DNA of 64,000 nucleotides. It comes from a virus. The notes under the pieces were generated by a model that saw only the letters and a program-made list of their open reading frames with translations, ran no database searches and was not told the DNA's origin. Of this stretch, positions 17,014 through 28,304 are shown piece after piece (positions within the stretch are counted from its first letter, which is position 1; each line of letters opens with the position of its first letter). The stretch lies in IMG/VR virus record IMGVR_UViG_3300017971_000007; one strand, 5' to 3'. The position numbers and the translations under genes are program-made.

Positions 17014-17498
17014 TGCGTTATTTCAATATCATCGTTGCGATGAATGAAGACAGAGTCATCGGAGCAGACGGGAAGATGTTCTGGTACTATCCCGATGACC
17101 TCAAAAGATTTAAGAAATTGACAAAAGGTGGCTCCGTCATAATGGGGAGACAGACTTGGGATTCCCTGACTAAAAAACCATTACCTGGCAGGGCGAACTA
17201 TGTCCTAACCAAAGATTCTATGTGGAAAGGTAGAGGAGCTATTTCAGCCGATAGCTTTAGGGATGCGTTGACGTTTTCTAACCGCTATCGAAGTTGTTGG
17301 GTCATTGGAGGAGGGATGGTGTACGAGGAGGCCCTAAAATATCCGGAGCTGATAGAAAGAATAGAGGTTACCCTAGTTCCAGACAAAACAGTTGGAAAGA
17401 ATGTTGTCCGGTTTCCTGAATTGGGAAACGAGTGGGTCATCTCCAAGTCAGAGAAACTCGGTGTTCTCACGTTCAACACCTACGTCGAGATACAATGA
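17013..17498 (+). CDS. folA: Dihydrofolate reductase
   Basis: IVAMNEDRVIG, DLKRFKKLT, VIMGRQTWDSL..KPLPGRANYVLT, WVIGGGMVY. Confidence 0.95.
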   Translation: MRYFNIIVAMNEDRVIGADGKMFWYYPDDLKRFKKLTKGGSVIMGRQTWDSLTKKPLPGRANYVLTKDSMWKGRGAISADSFRDALTFSNRYRSCWVIGGGMVYEEALKYPELIERIEVTLVPDKTVGKNVVRFPELGNEWVISKSEKLGVLTFNTYVEIQ

Positions 17499-18127
17499 TA
17501 GCCGGAATAGATGAAGTCGGAATCGGGTGTATAGCCGGACCTATGGTGATGTCCGCTGTCATAGTGGATGATAAGGTCGTCTTCCCAGAGAATGTAAGGG
17601 ATTCGAAGAGTCTCAGCCAAAAACAGGTAGACGAGCTATTCTGCCCAATTACTGAGTTGGCCAATAAATGCATAGTCAAGATAGCTTATCCGTCATTCAT
17701 CAATACCGAAGGGGGGATTTGGGCAGCGTGGAGTCATGTCATCGATGAGCTAATAGAGGAGTGTGATGGCATGTCCTTGATTATTGTGGATGGGGTCAGG
17801 GTGACTAATTCCAGAAAGGATGTCCTGTATGAGCCCCGAGCCGACCAGAAGTACAAGGTAGTATCAGCAGCCAGCATAATCAGTAAAAAGTACCAAGTAG
17901 ATTATATGTTGGAAGCTGATAAGAGATATCCTTCGTACGGATTCGCTTCCCACAAAGGATATGCTACCGAAAAACATAGAAACGCTGTTCGTATACACGG
18001 GCCGTCACCAGTACACAGACTTAATAATGGTCCGGTCCAGAGGGCAGCCAAGTTCAGTGAAAAAAGGACAGAGAGATTTTGCAGAAAACCCACCTGTAAG
18101 ACGATCATTTTCGAAAAGTCGAAATAA
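17495..18127 (+). CDS. rnhB: Ribonuclease HII (start revised to 17495)
   Basis: IAGIDEVGIGCIAGPMV, VRDSKSL, IIVDG, AD..Y.VVSAASIISK, YGFASHKGYAT..H...GPSPVHR. Confidence 0.95.
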   Translation: MIAGIDEVGIGCIAGPMVMSAVIVDDKVVFPENVRDSKSLSQKQVDELFCPITELANKCIVKIAYPSFINTEGGIWAAWSHVIDELIEECDGMSLIIVDGVRVTNSRKDVLYEPRADQKYKVVSAASIISKKYQVDYMLEADKRYPSYGFASHKGYATEKHRNAVRIHGPSPVHRLNNGPVQRAAKFSEKRTERFCRKPTCKTIIFEKSK

Positions 18128-18178
18128 TTTCGATATAAGATTCCTGATACTGTTTTGCTACTCAAGTAGGAGGATTTT

Positions 18179-19294
18179 GTGAGCGACTTGATATTTAATT
18201 ATATGGACAACGATTACGCAGTTTCCAGGTTTTTGTTTTATGAGACGGTTCTTGATGTAGTCTGCGATCAAAGAATTAATCTTATCTTGATTGACCCCCA
18301 ACAATTTGGGGAGTTGATTGGCTACTCCAAGGATACGATTCAGAGACTAATCAACGGTGAGTGGTCTCATGCATTTCACATCCCGGACCATTATTTATAC
18401 AAGGAGGGTGATGAACTACGCGATATCATGAAGCATTTTGAGACGGAGTGTGGGTCCGCCTCAAAAGCGAGAAGAAAATTGTTTCTTACAGAGGCCGGGA
18501 TGGACATGGTTCTTCTTATGTCTCATCGCCCTTTTTGTATAAGGGTGAAGCACTGGTTGTCGAAAGAGGTGCTACCTAAGATAAGGAGAGGAACGATAGC
18601 GGATGTCCCTTCTGTACCAAAAATAGTTGAAGGTGGTGCGGTCCCGCGGAGTATACCAGACTGGTCCCTGAATCTAGAGATGGCCAAGTTAGAACTCGAG
18701 CGCGATAAGCTCAATAAGAGTGTAGAACTAGAAAAACTCAGGTTGGATATTCAGAGCAAGAAGATTCTCACGGATTTCGTAAAAGACTTTGTGAATTTTC
18801 TAAACTTGGAGGGATTCGACACCAAGTACATTTTCGAGTTCCGCAGGAAAGCACTCGAGCTCGTCTGCGGAATGAAGCTCGCGGATTGCGAAGTTCCTCA
18901 GCTAGACTCACCTTATCCTGTGACAGTTGATGAACCGCTGGATGAAGTCGATGAACCTCCCGATAAAGTTAATGAGTCATCGAAAAGTGTTTTCGTGTAT
19001 CTGTCCTCTGATATGTCAAAGAAGCTCGGTACTACATCCAGGAAGATAATTCCATTGATTACGAAATTGGGTCTACGAAAACACCCATACGGATGCAGAA
19101 TTCATGTTCTTTCTAGAACAGGGAGAATGTATTCAAGGTACTTCTATACGGATGAGGCGTTCCTGCTACTGAAATCAGAATTCGAGAATAGTACGAAAAG
19201 AAAGCCAAAACGCAAAATCGACAAGAAGAATGGAACGAGACTAGATGCGGACCAGAAGTCTGTGTGGATTATCGGCCGGAAGCTGAAAAAGTAG
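18179..19294 (+). CDS. Bro-N domain DNA-binding/antirepressor-like protein
   Basis: LFLTEAGMDMVLLMS.RP....VKHWLSKEVLPKIRRG followed by a coiled coil. Confidence 0.8.
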   Translation: MSDLIFNYMDNDYAVSRFLFYETVLDVVCDQRINLILIDPQQFGELIGYSKDTIQRLINGEWSHAFHIPDHYLYKEGDELRDIMKHFETECGSASKARRKLFLTEAGMDMVLLMSHRPFCIRVKHWLSKEVLPKIRRGTIADVPSVPKIVEGGAVPRSIPDWSLNLEMAKLELERDKLNKSVELEKLRLDIQSKKILTDFVKDFVNFLNLEGFDTKYIFEFRRKALELVCGMKLADCEVPQLDSPYPVTVDEPLDEVDEPPDKVNESSKSVFVYLSSDMSKKLGTTSRKIIPLITKLGLRKHPYGCRIHVLSRTGRMYSRYFYTDEAFLLLKSEFENSTKRKPKRKIDKKNGTRLDADQKSVWIIGRKLKK

Positions 19295-19847
19295 TTGTCT
19301 GGCGTTTCTACCGGTATATTATCCGGTAGAAACGCGGGGATAATCGATGATTTACTGTATTTTTTGCTATCGAAAGCTTAACTACCGCGGACAGTCGTGT
19401 GTTTGTAGGAGCTCTGATGAAGACAGTGACGGTGGAAATACCGGGACAATTGGCAAAAAATTTGGTCGTGATACTGAAGAACATGAGGGAGAGGACCAGC
19501 GACAAGAGGAAGTGGGATGCCGGTCCGTTTGGGGTTTTGTACTCCCTCATTTATCAGAAACTTCCAAAATCTAAGAAAGGGCCGAGCGGTAGGAAGCTCA
19601 TAGAAAGGACAGTCAGAAGTGAGAGAAGGGATAAAGAGGGGTGATAAAATATTCTGTTCTGCCTGCAAGAAACATATTCTTACTGCCCTGAATGATGTGC
19701 CGGCTAATACCGTAATCTCGTCCAAAGATTTCACATACGCTGACGGAACTGTAGTACCGCACAGGGCTAAGATGGTTTGTCAACATTGTTGGATTCTTTA
19801 TATGTCCATTTCCGCTAAAACAAAGCAAACGATATTAGGAGGGAGAA

Positions 19848-20465
19848 ATGTCTAGACCGAGAAGCATGGAAGAATGTCTTGGCCTGTCAATTATTAAGGA
19901 GCTTTCAGAAACACTCAATACAGGGATGATAGAAAGAGGATTTGGGATGGTCGGTAAGGATGATAACGCATTTACTCTTGCTAGTGGGAAGAAGTCTAAA
20001 TACTACTTCGATATAAAGGGGGTCATGTTCGATAAATACACTAGATTTGTACTGTTCTCGTTAATAAGGAACGTGATTTTGGAGTTTAAGCCTAATTCCA
20101 TTGGAGGTCCAGCTGATGCAGCATATATGTTGGTGTTTTCCCAATTACCTACTCAATTGTTCTTAGATGGATTTGTTGTCCGCAATGATAGAAAAGACCA
20201 CGGTCTTAAGTTGAAAGTGGTGGGAACAGAACCAATAGATGACAAGAGAATACTGATATTGGAAGATGTGATAACGACGGGAGGTTCTCTACTTCCAACA
20301 TTGGAGTATGTGGACGAGGTTAACCCTTCGGCCGATACTCAAGTCCTTTGTGTGGTCGATAGGATGGCAGACGGTAAATTCGAAGCCGATAAGATATCTG
20401 CGTATAGGGAAAGGGGGATGATTCACAGTTTCTTCAAATCCAATGACTTCTGGAGTTGTTCATGA
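19848..20465 (+). CDS. pyrE: Orotate phosphoribosyltransferase
   Basis: FTLASGKKSKYYFD, VR..RKDHG, ILILEDVITTGGS PRPP-binding motif, VVDR. Confidence 0.88.
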   Translation: MSRPRSMEECLGLSIIKELSETLNTGMIERGFGMVGKDDNAFTLASGKKSKYYFDIKGVMFDKYTRFVLFSLIRNVILEFKPNSIGGPADAAYMLVFSQLPTQLFLDGFVVRNDRKDHGLKLKVVGTEPIDDKRILILEDVITTGGSLLPTLEYVDEVNPSADTQVLCVVDRMADGKFEADKISAYRERGMIHSFFKSNDFWSCS

Positions 20466-20977
20466 ATCCACGTAAAATAAAGGTCCCAGATTTAAGAATA
20501 CCAAGATTAGACAAGAACACACATTTCATGCTCCTAGCTCATTGGGCTGCCATACAGTCAACATGCGACAGAGGACCGACTCTGTTATTTGATTCGAGTA
20601 GACATGGGGTTGGAGCCGCGATAGTCAAGGGCGGGTGTGTCATCGCTACCGGATACAATGGTTCCCCGCCTAAAGTCCCTCATTGCTCAGAAATCGGTCA
20701 CATGATGGTGTCCGGGCATTGTGTAGGAACGATTCATGCCGAATGCAACGCCATACTACAGTGCGCGATACAGGCTATTAGTCCTGTCGGTTCATCGATA
20801 TATACTACGGCTAGCCCTTGTTTCGACTGTTCTAAACTCATAATCAGGGCCGGTATCGAGGAAGTATTTTTTTCCAGAGCCTATGATTCAAGATATGACT
20901 TATCAGGTTCTGCACAGCAATATCTGCTAGAGCATGGTGTGAGATGTGTTCATTGGGATATCATGGAGAAAAAATGA
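20462..20977 (+). CDS. dCMP deaminase (ComEB-like)
   Basis: STC.R, VGAAIV, IATGYNGSP, HAECNAI, SPCFDC. Confidence 0.92.
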   Translation: MNPRKIKVPDLRIPRLDKNTHFMLLAHWAAIQSTCDRGPTLLFDSSRHGVGAAIVKGGCVIATGYNGSPPKVPHCSEIGHMMVSGHCVGTIHAECNAILQCAIQAISPVGSSIYTTASPCFDCSKLIIRAGIEEVFFSRAYDSRYDLSGSAQQYLLEHGVRCVHWDIMEKK

Positions 20978-21606
20978 CAGAATTTGTTACCGTCTGCTTT
21001 CCGTCCATTGGAAAGCGCAAGGAATATACAGTCAAAACAGAAGTCAGATCCCCGCTAAGATCTATATTAACCGAGATCAGAGTACTTTACCCAAACATAA
21101 GAATTGCCGCCAAACGTGATGTTTGGTGGTCGTATATTATTCACGCGGTCGTGTGTCTACTGACTCTGTTCAGGAACAGAAAGTACCTCAGCGACTATAC
21201 CAGCACATTCAAAAACACGATTCTCTTGTCTGATAAACTAGATGATTATCTACGATCCAAAAGGTACAATCATCATATTTCTGCCTATTTCGTGTTAAAG
21301 CATGAAGCGGTACACTTGAAACAATTTCAGAAGCTCGGAACAATCGGAGTGTTCTCAAGATATGTCTGGCCTCCTTTTATCAAGACAAGAAGGGCTTCAG
21401 ATATAGAACTTCCCGCATACTCTGAGTCTCTAATCAGTAGAATCAAATATTTAGGTAAGGCCCCTTCTAGTATCTACAGAGAATGGTGGATATCAAATTT
21501 CACTGGCCCGTCTTATGGGTGGATGTATACGAATAGGAAGACAGTGGAAATGTGGTATGAGGTTTCGTTAAGAGCTGGCTTAGAAATGATAGAGGAGGAT
21601 AAATGA
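20974..21606 (+). CDS. HExxH zinc metallopeptidase-like protein
   Basis: YTSTF.NTI...LKHEAVHLKQ...ELPAY. Confidence 0.6.
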   Translation: MTEFVTVCFPSIGKRKEYTVKTEVRSPLRSILTEIRVLYPNIRIAAKRDVWWSYIIHAVVCLLTLFRNRKYLSDYTSTFKNTILLSDKLDDYLRSKRYNHHISAYFVLKHEAVHLKQFQKLGTIGVFSRYVWPPFIKTRRASDIELPAYSESLISRIKYLGKAPSSIYREWWISNFTGPSYGWMYTNRKTVEMWYEVSLRAGLEMIEEDK

Positions 21607-23700
21607 TTAAGGAATACAGTGCTGGGAAAGTCGAAGCGATCCTAAATGTCATCCGAACCAGATTCGATGTCGATGATGAATCCACTCATAGGAACACGAT
21701 TCTATTCTGCGCCGCTATTCTTCTAAGAGACCAGCTCATACTGGATTTCATAAATGACTCACGCTCAAAGAAAGATATGATATGGCTGTTCAATACCGTA
21801 TTCGACAAGGATAGGACTAATCCGTGGGTCAGGGCTAACTCAGTCTACAGAATTTCTCATTTTGTGTACGAAGTTGTAGTAAGGTGTATCTTCTCTGGAT
21901 TTTTTATAGAAGCTAGAGAATTCGACAGAGAGAAGAGATATGCTGAGACGTAACATAATCCTAGTCAATGGGGAGGAAGTAGAAGTATTTGAAGATGAGA
22001 ATCTGTGTTGCGTCTTTATACCGTTTTATAGACTCCCCTTGATTACGCGTCTTTCTGGCCTAATTGATGTTCTGGAAGTTATTTTTGTTAGGGATTCCAA
22101 GACAGTGTTTATGGTCGGTAGATTCAAGGATGTTACTGAGACGATATTCGACGTAAGAGGGCCTTATACGTGCCAGAGGGTAGTAAATTTTACCAAGAAT
22201 CTTCAACCGATGTGTGTTGAAATGGAAGGAGAAAAAGATGTGGTTTCTGGCAAAGACGATGGGCGGGGATAAGTTCATATGCGAGAACGTAAAATCGAAG
22301 ATGAATCAACTAGTAGAAGAAGGAAAGGATTGCGGCGCTCCGAAGGAGGAATTCATCAATACCCCAGTGACTCTGCTCAACGTTCTGGAGGTTCAGCATC
22401 TTCATATGAATACCCCCGTCGGTATTCAGAGAAGAACCATGTTGACGGGAGCGGACTTTTCAAACAAGTCGATTCCGGAGATGGTCGCGATTCTGAGCCA
22501 TCTTTATATACCGGACCAAGAGATTGTCGAGAGTCTGATGAAGGAGAGAGAAGAGGCGATAATGCGGGAGATTCAGGAGAGGTCGGGTCTGACAATTCCA
22601 AGAGTGGTTCCCCCGACAAACCTAAAAAGGCCTCATTAAAAAAGGGGTTCAATCTCTGCATGAACTGCGGAAATCCTACATCCGGAAGGTACAATTATCA
22701 GGGAGTGATTGTCTGTAGTCATTGTTTTTCACTCGCCAAGATGTGCTATGCAAGGGCCGAGAAACAGGTCAAAGATTTACTAACCATGTTCTCGGAGTCC
22801 ATCAGGGTTCAATTGGCTAGCGGCAGACTAAGAACTACTACTAGCATTCCTGATAAGAAATCCAGTGTCACGGATTTGAAGGATCCCGAGATTTTGAGAA
22901 ATTTGATAACTAAACTAGTTTCTTCTAAGGAATAGGATAAATGACGGGAGCATTCCCGTCATTTATCCTATCCTTGATTTATTTGAGGATGGCCATGAAA
23001 ATAAAGTCTCTAGAAATTTATCGTTCAGAGACCATCAGTACCGATCCTGGGGTTATTAAAGAGACCGGGGATTTGGTCGGGCACTCATGTCCAGATTATC
23101 CAAATCCGAGGACTAGAAAGATTGTTGTTGGTGAATTTGAGATTGATTGTTATCTCATACCAAAGCTAATACTACACAGGATAGTCACGATTCAGATTCT
23201 GAACGGTTCGGCCTTAGGCGGATTCATCAATAACAGCACAGTCATCCTGAACAACTCGGATGTTCTTTTTCCTGTTTATTATGTCATGGGGACAGTAGAA
23301 ACTTTCAAGGGCTCGAATTCTATAACTAAAGTAGTCGTAGCAAATCCCCCCGAAGGTCTTCAATACAAAAATTTTGCTCTTCGGTTACCAGAGATATATA
23401 GGAAATTTGTGGGAGAAATTAGATGAATGACGGGAGACAGAGTATTCCAGAATCTGTAGTATTACCTCCGAAAGAATTTTTGACTATGGACCAGCTGCTT
23501 GAATTGTGGGACATAAGAGGAATGAAGTACAGATTCGATGATTTCTATAAATTCTGTACTCAGAGAGGCCTTAATTCTGTTTCTCTTCACAAGCAGAGTT
23601 TCAGGAAGAAGATATTCGGAGTCCTTCGCTCATTTCTTGTGGAAGGAGATGTTCGAAGAGACCCCAGGTTTGTAGAACCCAAGAAACCGGAAAAACTTGT

Positions 23701-24699
23701 ATGACCAGATTTAATAAATTAGGGAGAGTTAAAGGTAGAGATAAACAAATTCCTGGGGATGATGTCAAGATTCCCCCGCTGGATGCTAGACCGATGACTG
23801 ACACAGATGGGCGTCCACTTACAATGAGCGAGCAGGCGGAGGCTCTCAGGGACCCTAGAAATCCTCTATCACCGTTTTACAATCCAAATAGCGCCGGTCC
23901 TCAAATGGACCCTCGTAAGTTAAGGCAGCAGAAGGAGGAAGCTCCAAGACCTCCAATGGGGGAGATGCTTCCAAAAGAGGCGCTAAACGACCCAAGATTC
24001 ATGCACGGTGTCGGCTCAATGTATGCCGCTAACCAACCTCATTTGAAACAAAAGAGGGGTTTAAGTCCTGAGACTGTAGAAGGACTAAAGGCCTTGGAGG
24101 AGTTTAATGCTAAGGCAGTCGAGACTCAGGAAAGCAACGTAAAAGATTCCATAGATAAGAAGGTTGAGAATGAAGAACGCGAGAATCTCGATAAGCTTGC
24201 CAAAGATTTGGGGATAGACCCAGAATTCTTTGATGAATTAAGAAAAGAAAGAGATTCCCTGGATACTCCAGAGCTCAAGGAAGCCACAGAAGGAAGACTC
24301 GAGCCTTTGGATATCATACAGATGATTGAAGAGGGAGAGATAAGACAGGCCGTGCCTGTTGTTGTGGGTAAATTCGTACCAGTATTTAGGTCCCCGTCCC
24401 TGGAAGAGAATCTGGAAATCAAGCGCCTGATGTCCAATCACAAGGGGAGTGATGTTTACATGACCGAGGTACTGACCTCGTTCCAACTCACAATCACCTT
24501 GTATGCTATAAATGATCAACCACTACCGTCCCATTTAAATAAGGATGGTGGTTTTGACGAAGACAAGTTCTACAAAAAATTTCAAAAAATTTGTAAGTAT
24601 CCGGTTCAGATGGTTGCGTCTCTGGCGATTAATTCGTCATGGTTTGATAGGAGATGCAGGAAGTTATTTTATGATCTAGGTCCAATAAAAAATGGCTAA
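23701..24699 (+). CDS. Putative tail assembly chaperone (gpG-like) with low-complexity N-terminal extension
   Basis: C-terminal FRSPSLEE...LYAINDQPL...YP....LA....WFDRR..KL ending at an A AAA AAT slippery site. Confidence 0.6.
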   Translation: MTRFNKLGRVKGRDKQIPGDDVKIPPLDARPMTDTDGRPLTMSEQAEALRDPRNPLSPFYNPNSAGPQMDPRKLRQQKEEAPRPPMGEMLPKEALNDPRFMHGVGSMYAANQPHLKQKRGLSPETVEGLKALEEFNAKAVETQESNVKDSIDKKVENEERENLDKLAKDLGIDPEFFDELRKERDSLDTPELKEATEGRLEPLDIIQMIEEGEIRQAVPVVVGKFVPVFRSPSLEENLEIKRLMSNHKGSDVYMTEVLTSFQLTITLYAINDQPLPSHLNKDGGFDEDKFYKKFQKICKYPVQMVASLAINSSWFDRRCRKLFYDLGPIKNG

Positions 24700-25103
24700 A
24701 GACTCCGTTAGGATGGGCTAGAGCGAATGTGATATACGACCTACTGGATAGCCCACCTCCAGTAGGTTCCCTGATGGAGTCAGTAATTTTATTGGTATGG
24801 CAAATGCGCAGAGATGTGGATTTCTATGCCACTAGGGCCGTTGTTCAGGCTTCCATGGAGTCTGATGGCGAAGCTGTGCAGAATGCATGGAAAGACTACG
24901 AAAAGAAATTCTATCCGTATTTAGAGGAACAAAGAAAACTCGCCGATAAAGCGGCCATAGATTTTCTGCAAAGGGAATCTAAGAAAGCGTACGCAGTCAG
25001 GCCTGTATCACCATTAATAAAAAGCAGAATCAGGAGGAGGAAAGATGGAGAACGTAACATACGTATGCCCGGGATGCGGAAGCGGGCACCTAGACGTAAG
25101 TGA
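24687..25103 (+). CDS. Putative -1 frameshift extension of the tail assembly chaperone (gpGT-like)
   Basis: -1 frame open from 24675 to 25103 (KWLKTPLGWARANVIYD...); no convincing RBS at GTG 24729. Confidence 0.6.
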   Translation, partial: KKWLKTPLGWARANVIYDLLDSPPPVGSLMESVILLVWQMRRDVDFYATRAVVQASMESDGEAVQNAWKDYEKKFYPYLEEQRKLADKAAIDFLQRESKKAYAVRPVSPLIKSRIRRRKDGERNIRMPGMRKRAPRRK

Positions 25104-26006
25104 TAACGGAGCCCGTTGTCTGGATTGTAATTGGTATGGGACGGAAAAAGGATTAGTCGCCGTTCATGTTCCCAATTTCAACTCCTCCATAATCGTAGAG
25201 GGGGTTGATAATCTCTTGAAGGTCGCGGAGGAGATATCCAGATCATATCTCAGTCTATTGGCTCAGCACGCATCGAAGGAGATTGGATTTTGTATGATAC
25301 GTTCTGGTCTTGTTAGAGCTGATAGGGACGGCAAATTTCTGGCGGCTCTTATCAGAGCTGCTTGTCTCGGAGCTCATAAAGCAACCTTAGAAGAGGTAGA
25401 GAGAATAGCTAATGAGTTAGACAAGAAGAGGTCAAAACTTTTGCAATGAGGAGGAGAAATGAGAACTTTTAACGTCATTAACACAATGGACCACTTTCCT
25501 GACATAACGAATGATGTTTTGGAGAGTCTGGATGAGACCAGGGATGAGGGAATCAAGGAAGCTAAAGATGCTCTGGACCAGGCGAGATCAAACTATAAGA
25601 AAATCTGCGAACACTACGAGAAAATATCCAAGACCCTGACGTATAGGAGGATGAATTCTCCTAAATTTGATGTCAAGCCGTGTGATGACTGTGAGAATAG
25701 AATTCTGTGTTCGGACTACGCGTCTATAATTTCCGTGAAGACCCCGGCCGCGGTCATATCTTTGATAAAATCTAATAAGATTCTTGATGTGATAGATTGC
25801 AGAAGAGAAGATGACGGTCATATATTCGTCAAGTTAAACGAGCCTCATCCTCCGTGTTTTTCCAAGAAAGCAGTCAATATGTCCAATTTGGATAGGTTTT
25901 GTGATGTCGATGAATCCTATCAATTTAGGCACCGGTATGATGGAGGTAGCGTCAAGATCCCCGCATATGGATGCTCTTCAAATTGCAAATGTGGGGGAAA
26001 GTGTAA

Positions 26007-26807
26007 GTGAGTGTAGAGTCGTACGAGACAGAGAATGACCTATGCAATGACTTCATACAGTCTATGGAGTTCTACGGTTGGACGACCTATCCAGAGCAAA
26101 ATGGGTGGGATATTCTGTTTGTACGAAGAGGAATTCAATTAGGAGTTCAGGCCAAGCTTGTTGGAGGATTTCACGTTCTCCAACAAGCTCTTCCTACACT
26201 GGAGGGAAAGGTTGGTCCTCATTACAGGTCCGTTCTTGTTGGGAGATGGAAAACTGATGGTGATAAGAGAATGGTCTCAGATTTTGCAAAACATCTCAGG
26301 ATTCTAGTGCTAGAGAGCAATAAATCAAAATCGTATAATTTCGGTCCGTACAGCTGGATAGATATGGCTTACCCGTCCAACAAAATGAACTACAGGAGGT
26401 CGTTTGGTCGCTCGTATTGGAGGGCCGTTGATTGGAGATTCTATAGAAGAAGGCCTGATTCTTTAGAGTGGCTCCCTCCTTTCGTTCCGAAGTTGCCTGC
26501 CGGTGTTCCCGGCCCAACCAATGTCAGTAAGTTTAAGGTCATAATTTGCGAGGCGGAGATACTTTGCGAGTACAGGGGTTGGATTTGTGTATCAGACATC
26601 AAGTCTCTCATTAAGAAGTATGAGACGAAGTACAACCCAAGCAGTCTCCTGTCCGGCTACTTTAAATGCACCCATGAAAGAGTTGAGGGGAGGAGAGAGC
26701 ACAAATGGGTTTCACGTTCTAGAGGAAGACCATCATCTTATTACGGGTATGTGTACAAAGAACTCAAAAAGTTATGTGAAGAAGGCCGTATCCCTTCTTC
26801 AAAGTAA
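26007..26807 (+). CDS. Putative PD-(D/E)xK nuclease-fold protein
   Basis: E..LC..F......GW..YPE..GWDILFV...LGVQAKL. Confidence 0.5.
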   Translation: MSVESYETENDLCNDFIQSMEFYGWTTYPEQNGWDILFVRRGIQLGVQAKLVGGFHVLQQALPTLEGKVGPHYRSVLVGRWKTDGDKRMVSDFAKHLRILVLESNKSKSYNFGPYSWIDMAYPSNKMNYRRSFGRSYWRAVDWRFYRRRPDSLEWLPPFVPKLPAGVPGPTNVSKFKVIICEAEILCEYRGWICVSDIKSLIKKYETKYNPSSLLSGYFKCTHERVEGRREHKWVSRSRGRPSSYYGYVYKELKKLCEEGRIPSSK

Positions 26808-26936
26808 TCCGATTTTGGACGGAGAGTCTGAATTAGATTACTTTTTTAGGATCCTTAACTTCTGTCCCCGCAAGGTTAGACTTATCCTATCCGAAGTTCT
26901 TGCCTCAATCGGTAGAGAAAATCTCTTAAAATTTCA

Positions 26937-26966
26937 CAAAAACTAGCTTTTTGCTGGTATAAGAAG
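26937..26966 (+). promoter_or_regulatory. Phage promoter-like motif
   Basis: caaaaact-N11-GGTATAAGaag upstream of ATG 26976. Confidence 0.6.
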
Positions 26967-28241
26967 AGGGAAAGTATGGAAAACAAGTTAATAGAAGAGC
27001 CGTTCGAGGAAAACATCGTGACATGTTTTCTCGATGAGTCGAGGGAATGTAATTCCACATGTGCGGCTTTTGTCGATAAAGGCCATCCGTGTGTTTTCGT
27101 AAAAACAGCCATATCCATGGCAATTAGCATTAGGTCTGTATCAGATAACCTAAAAAAATTGGCGGATATCTTGAAAAATAAGCGCCAGAATACGCAAGAT
27201 TCCCCGCCCCCAGCTATAGGATAGAAAATGATTCGATTAGTTAGCATGTGTCAGAAGGTAGATTTTTCCTCCCCTAATCTAGACTGTTCGAATGTTGTTG
27301 TGGCGGAGAACGACAGCAACGAACGTATCGAGCTGGAAATAACGGAGGATGCCGCCAACAAACTCATGAGGTTTGTAGCCGGTTCAGGAGTTAAAATTTA
27401 CAGAGAAGTAAGACCGGCCGTTGTTCTGGATCACGTGAAAGTGAATCCAGAAAATTTTGATGCTCAGATTTTCGGAGGAGACTTTAAGGAAGTCTCGAAT
27501 TTGAAAGAGGAGGTGTATGATGACGACGATGGAGAACAAATGTAAATTATGTTCTCAACTATTAGACGGATGCAGGACCGTTGTCACAAAACGCGGCGAC
27601 CCGGCCGTGGATATGATAAATGCGTTAGCCCACTCTAGATGTCCGGTATGTAAAAATCAACTAGGACATCTAGAGTGGAAGCACAAGGATGCGATCTCTA
27701 AGTGGGTCGCAGACACAATTCGCGAAAAAAAGTCTGACTCTTACGGAGTCGGATTTATCTCGGATATAATAAATACAATCAGGAGAGTAGTCAGGAAGTC
27801 CAAGTCCCAGACCGATATATCTGCGGCTATGACTGGGATAAAAGACCTTATTCAGGTCTGTAGAGACCAGTATTTCATCCTTCAGATGAAGAAAGATTCC
27901 ATGAACGAGGACACGGATGTTATATCGTGTGGAGGATGCAGGTTCGCGGTCTTGGATACGTGGATGAACTGGAGGTGCATGGAGTTGGGAAGAATCAGGA
28001 TCGATAAATTCGTGGAAGGCAGGTCAGTACCTGCAGGAGGATGTCCTAAATGGCGAAAAAAAGAGATAGCTTAGTCCCCAGACAGTCTGAAATAGATAAA
28101 AGGATTCTCATGTTTATGAAAGGTACGCCTATCCTATCTCTCTTAGATGATGAGGACATGGAACTACTGCTTCCGCATCTAAGAGCACTAACATACGAAT
28201 GTCGGGAATTGATTCCTGTTAATATTGTTAAGCCTAGCAAT

Positions 28242-28270
28242 AAAAAATAAATACGGTTCGGTATAAGAAA
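28242..28270 (+). promoter_or_regulatory. Phage promoter-like motif
   Basis: aaaaaat-N11-GGTATAAGaaa upstream of ATG 28305. Confidence 0.65.
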
Positions 28271-28304
28271 GTCGGTGTCACACGAATAACTCAGGAGGAA
28301 AGAT

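Noticed and set aside
22279-22640. N-terminal 120 aa of ORF 22279 as an overlapping gene
   Set aside because: S/G/R-rich shadow-frame composition over the more plausible ORF 22214-22639; only the C-terminal zinc-ribbon part looks real
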